Translations under genes and position numbers: made by a program
Notes under the pieces: generated by a model
What the model was told of the DNA's origin: nothing
What the model saw: the letters and a program-made list of their open reading frames with translations, nothing else
Database searches by the model: none
Shown: positions 47,721 through 60,232 of the stretch, in pieces
Position numbering within the stretch: position 1 is the stretch's first letter
Layout of the letters: each line of letters opens with the position of its first letter
Assembly (NCBI GenBank): GCA_030704615.1
Contig: CM060732.1
Location: 5,022,001-5,086,000 of the forward strand
DNA length: 64,000 bases
From: Takakia lepidozioides
Lineage: Eukaryota; Plantae; Bryophyta
Direction of reading: 5' to 3'

Positions 47721-48299
47721 ATGTCGTGCCGCCGCAATCCTACTGACTGCCCTTATCATGGCCACGATTATGCTATGTTCAAACCAAAATCAGGAGACAT
47801 CATTGTCTGGCTCTCTATTTTCACAGACGCTTCTAGAATCAAGCGGGAGTCTTTGCGCGCAATGGAGTATTTGGAGGGCTATCACCGCTTTGAGCGAGGT
47901 GAGGGCGAGGGTCAATGCGGTCCGTGGGTCTTGAAAATTGTTGACCTCGATATACCAAGCTGGAATGGGATGTCGGACAGATCACGCACGGCCTCGCTTG
48001 GGCGTTGGAATTGCTGCCAGTGGACCAGGGAGGACGGCACCGGGGAAAACTATATTCGTGGAGTTCAATCCGCTCTTCCAGTGTATGGAGACATTTGGCA
48101 GAGTTGCGAAGACGAATCGCACGGGCACATGAGGCCCACAGTCAGCTTGTCAATGTATGATGGTGGTATCATTGATGGGCATGACATTGTCGTAAGCTCC
48201 ACCAAGGGCACCAGAACGACCGCATTGCAGTTTACCTGGAGGTGCCGGTTCAGTAATGAGCTTGTTTTGAGGGCTATCGAAGTTCTGTCGACTTGGTGA
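47721..48299 (+). CDS. Hypothetical protein, paralog of 46600-47337
   Basis: Open 192-aa frame. Conservation with the divergent neighbour is evident at the amino-acid level, which supports coding status. Confidence 0.68.
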   Translation: MSCRRNPTDCPYHGHDYAMFKPKSGDIIVWLSIFTDASRIKRESLRAMEYLEGYHRFERGEGEGQCGPWVLKIVDLDIPSWNGMSDRSRTASLGRWNCCQWTREDGTGENYIRGVQSALPVYGDIWQSCEDESHGHMRPTVSLSMYDGGIIDGHDIVVSSTKGTRTTALQFTWRCRFSNELVLRAIEVLSTW

Positions 48300-48569
48300 C
48301 GCCCATGTAGAAGGCGGAAGGGCTTAGATTTGTCTGGAGTTGCTAAATGTGAGACACCGCGTTCGATCAATAAAACAACCCATCGTACCTCACTTCTGTG
48401 TGTTGTGTTTCATTGTGTTCAAGAAATGCTGTAATTGGTCCACTGTTTACAATTTGTGGTCTCATTGTTACAATGTGTCTGTCCACATGAATATACCAGA
48501 GTCATCGATATCGGAGTCCTGAGGTGAAGGAAATCCATGTATGAGTAAAAGGAAACATGTACATGCTCA

Positions 48570-49245
48570 AGTTCGGAAATGCGGCACTGCATTTCATTTT
48601 TCTCCATACAGCGATTTCTGGCAGCCCCCTTTCCTCCGTTGTGGTCGTAACGGAAATGTTGTACCGCATTTCATTTCTTGACATGACATTACCATACTTC
48701 GAATTGGAAATGCGGCACCGCATTTCCATGTCTGTCATCAAATTTTCTTATTGGACAATGGAATGCGGTGCCGCATTTCCGTCGACGGGTCTGGAATTGG
48801 ACAAACAACGATGTCCGTTTTGGAAATGCGGCGCCGCATTTCCATGTACGTCATCAAAATTTCTCATTGGACAATGGAATGCAGTGCCGCATTCCCGTCC
48901 AGCATCATGGAATGCGGAGCCGCATTTCCGTCGATGGGTCTGGAGTTGGAAAAACGTCCATCTCCAAAATGGAAATGCGGCACCGCATTTCCATTTCCGC
49001 CATGTAAATAACGTGTTCGACCTCCGCATGCAGGGTGGCATTTCCATTTCCCTAAAACTTCCGTGTCCAAAACGGAAATGCGGCACCGCATTTCCGTTTG
49101 GCCGAACAGTTTCTGATGTCCAAACCTGGAGACGGAAAATTGTTCTTGCCTTGGTTTTGGAAATGCGGTGCCGCATTTCCAAACGAGGTTTTTGCAGTTC
49201 CCACATTTCCGTTCCGACATGGAAATGCGGTGCCGCATTTCCGAT
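48570..49245. repeat. Palindrome array (~11 copies of GGAAATGCGGCRCCGCATTTCC and variants)
   Basis: Copies near 48575, 48706, 48759, 48822, 48877, 48909, 48971, 49074, 49159 and 49221. Confidence 0.9.
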
Positions 49246-49441
49246 TTTGGGAGGGACGTGGTTTGGACGATGGTGTCGTTGAGAAGCACATGGGAGAGGG
49301 GACATGAAGGACGGTGAGAATTTCCTTTATATACTCTGGAAGAGAATTTAAATGTACAGACCGTCATTGCCTTTCTCATGTCCAGCGGACTGCTCGTTGG
49401 CCAGGCTTTCGAAAATTCCATCTTCCCCTTGCGGAACCGAT

Positions 49442-49660
49442 CACTAGTACAAAAAAACGGGTTTCATGACACTTTTTTTTACTGTTTTCATGACTCTTTT
49501 GATCATTTTGACTCAATTTTTTCTCTTTTGCAAAGAGTCATGCAGACCGTGTCGTTATGATGATTCTAATATCCGCGTCGTGAATATGACTCTATGTGAC
49601 ATCCCCTAGTGAGCAAGATACATGACCGTGTTTTTGGTCACGTCCGTGACTGATTTCTAG
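49442..49660 (+). mobile_element. CACTA (En/Spm) transposon terminus
   Basis: CACTAGTACAAAAAAA followed by repeated CATGAC/GTCATG subterminal motifs. The other end was not found. Confidence 0.55.
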
Positions 49661-51329
49661 CAACATGCTACTCTCCCCGGACTGCTACATGTCAATTTCA
49701 GATGATGACAGGTGTAGGGACGACGCTATCTCACACGCATGCCACAACGAGCCACATGTCACATGTCACGTGGATATGCATTTGTTTTCTGTTTATTTTT
49801 ATTTTTTATTTTTTATTTTATCTTTCAAAGAACAGGGGACAGTGGTTTAATTTGTGTTGTAGGTTTACTGAACTTATTATGATTATATGTATTCAAATAT
49901 AATACTATTTATATGTAATTTATAATATGGAGAATATATTATTTTGCACAAATACACGGTGTCGCGAGCCAATTGGGTGAAAAAAGATTCGACAATTGAT
50001 GGAAATATGATATGCCTCTGCAGAAAATCATGTTACATCCTTGCCTTGCTGCTAGCAGCTGACAATGACATCCTAGAATTGTTCCAACAAACACCCAACC
50101 CTACTTATCACACTAGTTCCTATGCTGCCTTGCGTCTGCTTCCAACAGGCATTCACCTTTTTGCGGAGATTGTTCCACCATTGACTGGGGTCAGAAATGT
50201 ATTCCTTCCAGAGCGTCTCGTCGTCTCTGTTATCTTTTCAATACTTTCCTGTTGCCACATTGGCAGTAACATGTCAAAATCACTCCAAAACCACCATAGA
50301 TCCACCAACGAGCTAACTTGCAGAATTCAACATGAAAATTTAGGGACGACTCTGATAACAGAAGAAAAAGAGGCTGAAGTGGTCATGGTTGAGGTCCCTG
50401 ATTTTATCAATTGTGCCGCTACAACAGCTGCCTTTAGCTGACCATCTACCTATGCAGGTTTCTTGTAGCTATTGATCCACAGGGAATCATAGGTAATCTT
50501 GTGCTTGAAATCTGGACCTCTTGGATGAATCTAGACCCACACTCTATCCCTGCTCCTTCAGCTATCACTGCCTCTGCACAAACCATACATACATCCTTGC
50601 CTTGCAGCTGATGATGACAGCCTAGATTTGTTCTAGGAAACATCCAACTCAGCTTCTCCATAGTTCCTATGCTAAATTGTGTCTGCTTCTCTCTGTAATC
50701 TAACAGGCATTCACCTTCCAGTGTTGACCTACATGCCATATACCAATTATCAGCCTTGTCAAGAAGGGAAACCACAAAGTGTTTCATGTTATTGCCATGC
50801 CCCCCTAACTCAGCTGCATGGAGCGAGGCCTCCCATTCACCTAGTTGAGTGTATGACAGAAGGAGAAATCATACCTTGTAAAGCTTCATATGGTGGTCAC
50901 ATCACAGCACATCATCCATTGCTATGAAGGATTCAGACGTAGATACCAGGACCTGATGCACACTTATGCAAGAAACAGACATAAGTATTTGAATTTACGG
51001 TCATGAAATGCTCCCTTGGTGTAAAGTCTGTAGAGCCTCTTTCAGTTGTCCTTCCTCACATGATCAAGCATCCTCACATTCCCGCCAATCGTTATAAAGA
51101 ACATTTTGTGGATCCATCTCTTGGTCCTCTTTTGGAAGCTGTGGTCATCTTGTGCATTGTGCCGTTGCTGCTGTTTCCAGATGACCATCTACCTATGCAG
51201 GTTTCTTGTAGCTATTGATCCACAGTGAATCATAGGTAATATTGTGCTTGAAACCCAGCCCTCTTGCATGAATTTCTACCCACCCTCATTCCTGCTCCTT
51301 CAATTACCCCTGCCTCCGGAACAATCATG

Positions 51330-52170
51330 TATGGATCCGAATCTTGCTCCACATTTGACATATGTGTCCATGCGGGTATTGTTCAGAATGACATCTGGAA
51401 ATGTTCCAACTTTGATGATGTCACCATGGACCTCTTTTCCCTTTTCTGGAGCTGCATGCACCCTCCCACATGCATTATAAACACAAAGAAATGTGATGTG
51501 GTTGGGCTTCAGCCCTCTCTCGCATTATTTGCTCATACGTCTCCAAAGCATCAATCCCACACCCATATTGTTGCACTTACCTGCAATCATGGTACTCCAA
51601 AGACACCACATCTTGTTCGTCTAGCCATGTTGTCGAACACTCCCTTTGCATCTTTGCTGCACCTACATTTGGCATAAATGTCCACCAGGAGAGTGTTGAG
51701 AACGACATCTGGTACAATTGCAGCTTTGACGATGTCACCATGATGGACCTCTGTCCCCTTTCCCAGAGCTGCCAGGCTTGAATTGGGCATACATGTCCAC
51801 CAAGGCACAGTTCAAATGACATCTGGTATAATTCCAGCTTTGACATTGACACTATGGACCTCTGCTCCATTTTCCAAGGCTGCCACGCTCACATTTGGCA
51901 TAGATGTCCACCAGAGCAGAGTTCAGAATGACATCTGGTAAATTTCAGCTTTGACAATAGACCTGTGCGTCCATTCCACAGCTGTCAGACTCACATTTGG
52001 CATACATGTTACCAAGGCAGTGTTCAAAATCAGATTTGGTGTACAGTTCCAGCATTGACAATCACCATGGACCTCTACGCCCTTTTCCAGGGCTGACACC
52101 TGCTCGCATTTGGCATACATTACACCAGGGCTGTGTTCTGAATCACATATGGTACGATGTCACCATGGAG
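51330..52170 (-). pseudogene. Tandem degenerate PLS-class PPR motif fragments (~6 units of ~100 bp)
   Basis: Units translate as AALEKG.EVH..IVKAGI.PDV.LNTALVDMYAKC, once followed by KDAKGVFDNM. Many frameshifts. Confidence 0.75.
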
Positions 52171-52189
52171 TGTGGTGGTTAAGAGCAAT

Positions 52190-52632
52190 GAATAACAAGC
52201 ACGAGGTTTGGTGCTCAAATCCTGTCAGGTTGTACTGTGGCAGTAATGTGTTTTATTAAATATATATTTTGTCGAAGGGTCTGCCAGTCCGCTCGAAGGT
52301 TGGAGTCAGTCTGCTGGAGGGTGTGCCCAGTCCGTACAAGGTTGGAGTCAGTCTGCTCGTCGGTCTATTGGAGGGTGTGCCCAGTCCACTCGTCGGTCTG
52401 CTGGAGGGTCTGTCAGTCCGCTCGTCGGTCTGCTGGAGGGTCTACCAGTCCGCTCGAAGGTTGGAGTCGGTCTGTTGGAGGGTCTGCCCAGTCCGCTAGA
52501 AGGTCCGCCGTGGTAGATGAACAAGGACTTAGAAAAATTTCAGGATCTGGCCGACCCGGTGAATGGGCGGTGGGCTTATGAGCTCACCCCATGGGCCGTA
52601 CTGGCGGGGCCCATAGGTGCATTGAAGACGCT
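52190..52632. mobile_element. Second, left-truncated copy of the MITE at 42026-42625
   Basis: Same internal minisatellite and same right end GCATTGAAGACGCT. Confidence 0.75.
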
Positions 52633-53623
52633 AATATTGAAAAAAGAGAGGCCTTTTGGAGATGTTATATACGTATTTGGGCTTGGTGTTAGATGTTCAG
52701 CCCACATTGCATCCCATGATATAAAGCATTTTGGCTAGGGGATAAAAGAATCCATTTTTAGTGCTATGTTGGAATATTCTATGGTTTCGAAATCTTTGCA
52801 TGTGGTTTTTGGAATCTTGGAATCTTTTCCAGTATAGCTCTTTTGGTATTAGGTATTGGGGGGTGTGCTCCATCTCTCTCTCTCTAAGCCTTATGGCACT
52901 AGCAATGTTATTTTTTCCTTGCTTATATGAGAATAAAAATAAATAAGGGTCCCACCCAAATCCTGGCAAGGGCTGCTCCTGAAGGTCGAAAAAAAGGAGA
53001 GCATTGGAGCAGCCAATGGGGAGGCAGGGGGAGGGAGGGCGAGGACGCTGGAATGGGTTAAATGTGAGGCAAGCATAGAAGTAGGAGGTGGGCCCTCCTT
53101 CTACTTTCCAGGATGGCCGGTGGGCCCCTTCTAAAAGGCTCCACCACCGCCTTGAGAGAGTGTATAATGAGGGTTGGGGCTACATTTTGTTGGTTTCTTC
53201 CGCCTCCGTCTCACTTTGGTGGGCTCTGCCAGCAGGCCCCCATCAGAAAAAGTAAATTTGGAACCTGAACCATCTTCAAATGAATAGAAATGACAAATAA
53301 GGGGGAGAATATCTGTACACATTCTTCGTATTTCATGGGGCTTTGATCAAAAGGTATGTTAACAAATTTGCAGGGAATCAGACCTGCTACAATATGTATA
53401 CAGTGAGTTATCATGATGGAAAAAACTGCGAGCTCCCTCAATCTTTGATGCAATCACTCGCCTTGATTCCGGAAGGAACAATTTTTCATGTGCCGTGCTA
53501 GTACAAATTGGGTGGAATATATGAATATACCAGATTTTTGAAGCCTTAACTAGACTATAACCCTTACTTCAATGGTATGAGGATCATCCTTCCAAGTATC
53601 TTTGGGCTGACCACCTGTCCAGA

Positions 53624-55455
53624 TTGTACTCATAAGACGTTGTTTGCCGTAGCCTTGTGGCCATTGACCCCGCGCCCAGTTTGAGCGGGAACAAAAGGGA
53701 CAGAACCTACCTCTGTCAGGGGCTGCCGTTGGTAATAAGACTTACCTCCATATAAAGAATTAATCCGGGTTTTCCAGATATCCTCTAGAAATCCCTTCAC
53801 ACAAGCATCAATCTGCTGTGTGTGATTTGCCCAAAAACTAGGCCTCAGGAGGGCCTGGGCTTTTGGCTCAGCCTCGAGACTTTCAAAGTTGGTAAACAGG
53901 GGTACAGGCACAATTCCCTTAATAGATTTGAAGAGAGCGTCTCTTTGGTGAGAGAACCCCGGACAGTGTATCAGAAAATGAATACTGTCTTCAGATTGCC
54001 CACACAACGGGCAATTGCACTCTCCCTTTCCTCTCTGCTTCTGTTTGTTGTTCAAAGGTAGGCTTCCTGCCCTGAGTTTAAATTTCAGTCTAGTGCCGAG
54101 AGTGGGTAGACCCTTGAGGTCATCCAAGATGTCCTCCCCCATGTCACAGACTGGAAACAAATTCAGGGAAGTTTTCTGCCTAACTTCATTTTCATCAGAC
54201 AATCTCATGGCAACAGACATGGCTGAGGACACTACAGCCTCTAAGTCAGATTTATCCAGCAGGGTCAAGACTTGCGGATCCAGGTCCAGGTCCTTGAGGA
54301 TCTCTTCTACTCTCTTCTGCCAGGACTTAGCCTGTTTGACAGGGCGGTCCTGTTTCCAAGATATAGAGTCGATTAATTTAGGATATCTGGTGTTGGGCAT
54401 ATGTTGCAGCTGACCCCACCATCTGACCTTGAATTCATCTCGTCGGGAGCTTAAGGACGGAATGCCAAACTCACCCCGAACAGCCACATTGGCTGTTTTG
54501 GAGCATGCTGACATACACTCCTTAAGCACCCCCACTTGAATGGATTCTATCAACCCATATAGCAGATCCGTACTCCAAGGCAGGTCTAATAACGCGACAA
54601 AGCATCGTTTTCTTAACCTCAGAGTTGACCCCTTTGCAGTGGAAAAATTTAGTGAGCCCCAGAGCTTTGCCCTTGCCAGTTTGAACAACTTTCCGGATAT
54701 GTGCATCCCAATTACAATTGGAGGAGAACTCAACGCCCAGGTAAGTGTAGGAAGGGAGGACCGGGATCTCTTGGCTACCCCACTGCCACTTAAGATCACT
54801 TCCTCCCTCTCCTCTGTCGTTGAATGCTACCACTGCACATTTGCTGACATTAGCCTCTAGCCCCCAAAGATCAAAGTATCTCTTCGCGCAATCAATCAAC
54901 TCCTGGAGATTGGTTGGAGTCTCCCCTATGCCTGCGAAGTCATCCGCAAACATAAGGGCTGGTATGGTGGTATCACCCACCCTTAACCCAAATCCCTCAC
55001 TTTCCACATCCTCCAGGAGTTGATTGATGAAAACATTGAAGAGCAGAGGGGAGAGAGTACATCCTTGAGCTACACCTTGGTCTATGTCAAAGAAGTTGGA
55101 CTTCTGTCCGTTAACAGTGACACAGCTTTTGGTGTGAGCATACAAGTTGTGGACAACTCTCCACATCTTTCCCTTGATCCCACAAGACCAGAGGCGGAAC
55201 CATAGGCCATCCCTCCACACTGTGTCATAAGCCTTTTTGACATCCAGGAAAAAGACATAAGTGGGTTTCCCTTCTTTTTTCCTTCCCTGGATAATCTGGC
55301 TTAGAGTGAAGATATGATCCACACAGCCCCTGTTTCGCCGAAAGCCAACTTGGCCTTCGTGGAAACAACCTCTGGACTCCAGATCAACCTCGAGACGAGT
55401 ACTTATAACTCTGCAGAATGTCTTGCCAACAGCATTGAGGAGCGTGATGCCACGG
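53624..55455 (-). mobile_element. 5'-truncated RTE-like LINE (RT plus C-terminal Cys/His motif)
   Basis: RGITLL, FLDVKKAYDTV, GVAQGCTLSPLLF, LMFADD, YTYLGV, CPLCG..EDSIHFLIHC. One frameshift near 54545. 16-bp TSD TGACCACCTGTCCAGA (53608-53623 and 55456-55471). Confidence 0.92.
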
Positions 55456-57904
55456 TGACCACCTGTCCAGAGTCCAAGATTAAGTACAGAAACAGATAGT
55501 AAAGAAAGTGTTCCTCAAAAGCATTCCAGCAACTTCCGTCAGGCGAAAGTTTTAAGTGAGAGAAGATTGTTTAGCACTACATAGCACATTAATCCAGCTT
55601 GGAAAAGAAGCTGCTGGCACCCTCGTGCCAATCTGCGGGTCTGATGCTGCACACTGTATTTAGTGACGCAGCCATGCTTATACTGCCTGAGTAGCTAATT
55701 CCTTCTAAAGCAGGAAAGGACAGCCATGCAACTTTGTCACAATTGAGAAGATTTTATCTGTCAATCCTCCGCCTTACATCAACAAAAAAAGGCAAACACT
55801 CTGGCAACTTTCATACATGGGGCTCTAGTCTGTACACTTCTGCTTGACCGCCTCGGTTTTCTTATCACCTCTGTGCACTCTGCTCTACGTGTTCTTTTAC
55901 CTCATTCCCTTAAAGGTCTCGGTCTCTCGGTCTCTCGCGTTCAACTTGATTCCTGCTACTATTTAAGCCTCCACACCTAACTTCCTACTTGGTTCTTTTT
56001 CACTCGTATCTTCTTTTAATTTGATGAAAGGGCCTCTGCTCCCTGTCCTTCTTGAGAAATATATATACACGTCCTTGTGAGTTTTTAGCTACATGTGCTC
56101 CCAATCCCTCCAAGAGAAGGTTCTTGGAGGCAGTGACAGGGAGTGGCCCAAGTCAATCACTCTACCACCAGTTTCTCTGTGTCACATGTATTTTCTTTTG
56201 TTCTCTTGTGAGGAAAGGGACCTCTCTCTTCCCAGTTTTGCAAGAGAATTTCTTTGGATGAAATTGAACTTTGAATTTGTCTGCTGAAGGTGGACTGAGA
56301 TCAAATCCCAAAAGGCTGTATCTATCAGACAATGACTTGAACACGGACTGCAATTACAGGAATCTGTAAATACATGGCAGATGACAGGAGGCGAACGCAT
56401 GTGTTATTGATCTACACAACTGATGAAGGTACGAAAGCTTTGAGGAGCTGTGAGGGGCGGCTGGCTATTCTTTTGCCCCTGGGGACACTGCAAAGTTGCC
56501 CATTGGATGGAAACAGGCTGGTCAGGCACAGGCGGCTTAAGTATGGAGGCACATCGCACTGCAGATTATCACTAATGACATCCACAAGGGCCAATATATG
56601 CTGCGAAGTCTTGGCAGCATCCATTTGGACTTCCACCTCTATAGGCATGGCAAGATTGTGGTCATCGGGTATCAACATTTGTGATCACATGGGTCCCTGT
56701 CCACTTCAATTCACAGATCAGATGGCCCACTGTGAAGACTCACCAAGACATCTCAGACGCCTATGGTGAGAACATCTGGCTGCTATCCTTTGAGTGCAGG
56801 GCAAGACAACAGACAGATCTGTTGTTCAGAAGCCATTGGCACTTCAAACGACCTAGAAATACAACATACATATGTCCACCAATCATGGGGTAATGGATGG
56901 CCTCCACTTCAAACCTCCCATGCTGCTGAAAGGATACTTGGTTGATTGACTCGAATGGCATGCACACAAAGCTGAAGCATGCATATACATTCATGGAGAT
57001 AGCCAAGGGGACAGGCTGCATTGGAGCTCTCTCAAAATACAGGGAAAGGTTTAACAGGAGGGTGCACCCTTGTATTGAATGACAAGTGCCAAAATGGCCC
57101 AAAGGTTGGTAGATTTCCGGAAATACATGTATGTAACATTAGAGGTGAACCCTGTCTACTGATCAAACATGATCATACAAATAATGACACAAACCACCAA
57201 AAAGGATGAGCCATGCAACATGAGGTTCACAGGTTAGAAAAAAAAGATAGGAACACCTGGGTGTGTGGAGAAGGATGTACAATATGAAAACAGGTGGAGA
57301 ACTGCACAAATATAACCCAAGCCCAACAGCAGAGGACAGCATTCAAACACAGCAATACAGAGATGTTTGAAATAATTCCAGCAATAGCCTGGCATGCCCT
57401 TCACTACCCTAACTCACACAGAGCAGTAAGCAACTGCTGGCAAAAGTGTACCAGGTGGAGGCATGGCATGCACAAGAAAAAGGCCAAAGTTACTTACCTA
57501 CTTCCGTCACATCTCAAATGCACATGGTAGTGTACAGATCCCGTAGAGCTTTCTATGTTACACTGCCCAAAGTCAGTCACATGAGTTCAACCTCCAGGCA
57601 GCCGTCTCTGTAGATAGCACAAAGTTAGTCTAAGATTCTATTGGGAGCCTGGCCGCTAAGAGGGAACTACCAGGACCACTTTCAAGTATGTGAAAAACAG
57701 GTGGCTAGAACAAGGAAATAATGTGATGAACTCACAAAGAAGAGAGTGTGGCCAAAGGACTGGGGAAAGGGGTGATGAAAGTGAAAAACAGATCCAACTT
57801 ACAGAAGATGTATTGCTCAGGCCAAAAACTGACTTCCCTTTCTACAAAGTTTGAAGGGCGATTTTACAGAATTACGTTGTCAACAGGCAAGGGCTTGACC
57901 TCTG

Positions 57905-59497
57905 CTATGGATCCTGTTCCGCCGAGCCCTCAGGCGACGAAGTCCCCATCCCTAGATGCAAATCTAAGGACTTGTCATGCAATCCGGGGCTGGACTGCGG
58001 CTCTGATTGCTGTTGTTGTTGAGCCAGCCCTGCTTGAGCCCTTTGACTCCACATCTGCCCCATAACCGGCTGACCCAATCCTCTTGATGGAGGCCCTGGG
58101 GTTGGCAGCTGTTGTTGTGCGGAGTCCAATCGTCCCCACTGGGGATCGGGTCTTACACAAGACCCTGCAAATTGGGGTGCATGCATTGCATGTGATTGCA
58201 TTGAAAATGGGCTAAGGGGTGACTCAGGACATGGCCAGTAGTCACTGTACATGTTGGAAAATGAAGGTGGTTTGGACCCTACAAATCCCATGGCGATTGG
58301 GCCAGTGTAGAAGTAATGATGGGGTACACCCTGCATGCCTTGTGACGGCTGGGCAGGCATCCCTGCTGGGTGCTGATATTCGAAATCTTGGTTGGGATAC
58401 GGAAGACCTGGTACAACCCCACCCTGGATGTACATTCCATGTGCCATTGGGGCCATGCCCTTGAAAGACCCCATCCGAGGCCGTGGGGCAACCAGCTGTG
58501 ATACTGGGGGGAGGTGCTGCTTGGCATAGCCTCCCCCTTCCCCCCAGCCAGAACCTCTGTTTGCATTTGAAGCGGCGCGGTTTGCCCGTAATTGTGCCCG
58601 CTTTGCTTGTTGACGCTCCCGCTTGTGTGCATTCTGGTGACCACCCAGTGCCTGTGAGCTGGAAAATTCCCTGAAACAGAAATGACACTCATACTTGCGA
58701 CTCTCACATGAGGGAGGAATCGATCCCGAACTCGGGCTTGTCCCTTCGGTAACTGGCTGCATGCTATCTGTAGGAGTACCCGAATGGTCTGCGCCTTCCC
58801 CAAGCTCATTCCTAGGCTCCATACGTACATCCTCTGCACTTGCATCATCTAGCCGTTGTACCCCTTCAAGGCTAGCGGAATGGCATGTCCCACGTGTCTG
58901 AGAAGCCCCCAACTCCCACCAATCCTGCCTTCTGTCCCCACCAAAATTACTCGGGGGTTCATCTCCCTTGCTTGGCACAGGTGAAGGTTGGTTCACCTCA
59001 ATCCCAAACAATTTCACTGCTTTCCCCACCCTGTGCTGGTTTAAGACAACCCCAGAGAAATCTGGAGGAGTGTCTTCCTGTCCAAGCCCTCTAGTAAATG
59101 TTCGGGACATTTGGGCACGTACTTGTAAACCTGGATCACTGCCAAAAGTTTGCTCTCCCCTGCAGTTTGGTGAAGCTTGTGGGGAGACACCACCTAAACT
59201 CAGTGGCTCAAGCCTTTGCCTCACTTTCATAGAGCTCGATGCAGGGTTTGCTGTGTCAGACCCTGGGAAGTCCACCCGGTCTAGCTTTCCATCTTCAAAA
59301 AACGAGATAGTTTGTAGAGGCGAAAAAGGAGAGGTAGATGTGCCTTGGTCATCAGCCCTGTAGGTGACATTGTCTTTGTCCTCTCTCTCTTCATCTGTAC
59401 CTCCATCTTCAGCATAGTCCACTCCTCCTCGACATACTAGAGGGGAATCCTCAACTACAACCACTCCATCATCTTCCCCAGCCTGCAGGTTTTGCAT
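57905..59497 (-). CDS. C2H2 zinc-finger transcriptional repressor, GIS/ZFP (single QALGGH finger) family
   Basis: [28 protein letters not shown], a KLFGI repression-type motif, and a C-terminal EAR motif LDLHLG. Confidence 0.92.
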   Translation of the reverse strand: MQNLQAGEDDGVVVVEDSPLVCRGGVDYAEDGGTDEEREDKDNVTYRADDQGTSTSPFSPLQTISFFEDGKLDRVDFPGSDTANPASSSMKVRQRLEPLSLGGVSPQASPNCRGEQTFGSDPGLQVRAQMSRTFTRGLGQEDTPPDFSGVVLNQHRVGKAVKLFGIEVNQPSPVPSKGDEPPSNFGGDRRQDWWELGASQTRGTCHSASLEGVQRLDDASAEDVRMEPRNELGEGADHSGTPTDSMQPVTEGTSPSSGSIPPSCESRKYECHFCFREFSSSQALGGHQNAHKRERQQAKRAQLRANRAASNANRGSGWGEGGGYAKQHLPPVSQLVAPRPRMGSFKGMAPMAHGMYIQGGVVPGLPYPNQDFEYQHPAGMPAQPSQGMQGVPHHYFYTGPIAMGFVGSKPPSFSNMYSDYWPCPESPLSPFSMQSHAMHAPQFAGSCVRPDPQWGRLDSAQQQLPTPGPPSRGLGQPVMGQMWSQRAQAGLAQQQQQSEPQSSPGLHDKSLDLHLGMGTSSPEGSAEQDP

Positions 59498-59731
59498 CGC
59501 GCTATCAGCGAGACAAACTACAAGAACATAGCTGGCAAGGCAGTACAGCTAGGGAGTCATCCACATCATCATTGCGGCAGAGGCGGGTGAGAAAGTGATG
59601 CCTTTCGGAAGTTGCATCTCGAAAATAAACATTCTTAGACCAATTTCGTTCCATTTCACTTTACCGTCTGCATGTATCCTCCTATGAAGATTGTTGAGAA
59701 AAATCACTAAACGAGAACAAGAGGAGCAAAC

Positions 59732-60232
59732 CTGTTGCGCAACAGGCCGCTGTGTTGCCTTCTCCTTGACGAACTTCAACGCTCCATTCTTGCTTGGAAG
59801 ATCAACCGCAGCACCGTCCTTGCAGCTGTTCGTAGCGCCCTTGGAGTTTCCATGCACATCTTCGCCAAGAGGGCGAGTCTCCCCCTCAGGACTCGCGCGC
59901 TCCAAGTAGGCCGACAGCTGCCCAGACAACAGCCCTTTCCTTTTGTCCAACCCGAAATGTTCCTTAGATTTGCCTGTGGTGTTGATCTGCAAGTTCCGCC
60001 GGTGCAAGCGTCTTTTGTCGATGCTTGCAGATTGATCAAGAGCCGATAAGTCAACAAGGCCGGCAGGCAAGCTGGCCCGGTCCAGAGCGTCTCCCTCGAT
60101 CTGTCCCTGGGCTTCCCGGTGCCGCTTGCTGGTCGATCCCACGGAGCTGTCGCTATCCTCGCTTTGCCACTCGTCATGGACCGCCGCTTGGGAACCGGAG
60201 GGATGCAAGAAGAAATCTGCCGTTCTTGTCAT
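59732..60232 (-). CDS. Probable upstream coding exon of the C2H2 gene
   Basis: Open frame from ATG 60232. Phase-0 donor CAG/GTTTGC at 59731 can join in frame to acceptor CTGCAG/GCT at 59482. Confidence 0.5.

Larger units (their letters stand above)
46137..49441. mobile_element. Second MULE-related element (left end), truncated; carries two paralogous ORFs and a variant palindrome array
   Basis: Begins GGGGGCTGCTATTTCATGAGC with CATGAGC repeats, homologous to the 29930 terminus. One palindrome at ~47415 and an array at 48570-49245. Confidence 0.72.

Noticed and set aside
56374-57530. Short ORFs downstream of the C2H2 gene
   Set aside because: No motifs or consistent splice structure; probably 3' UTR or intergenic DNA.
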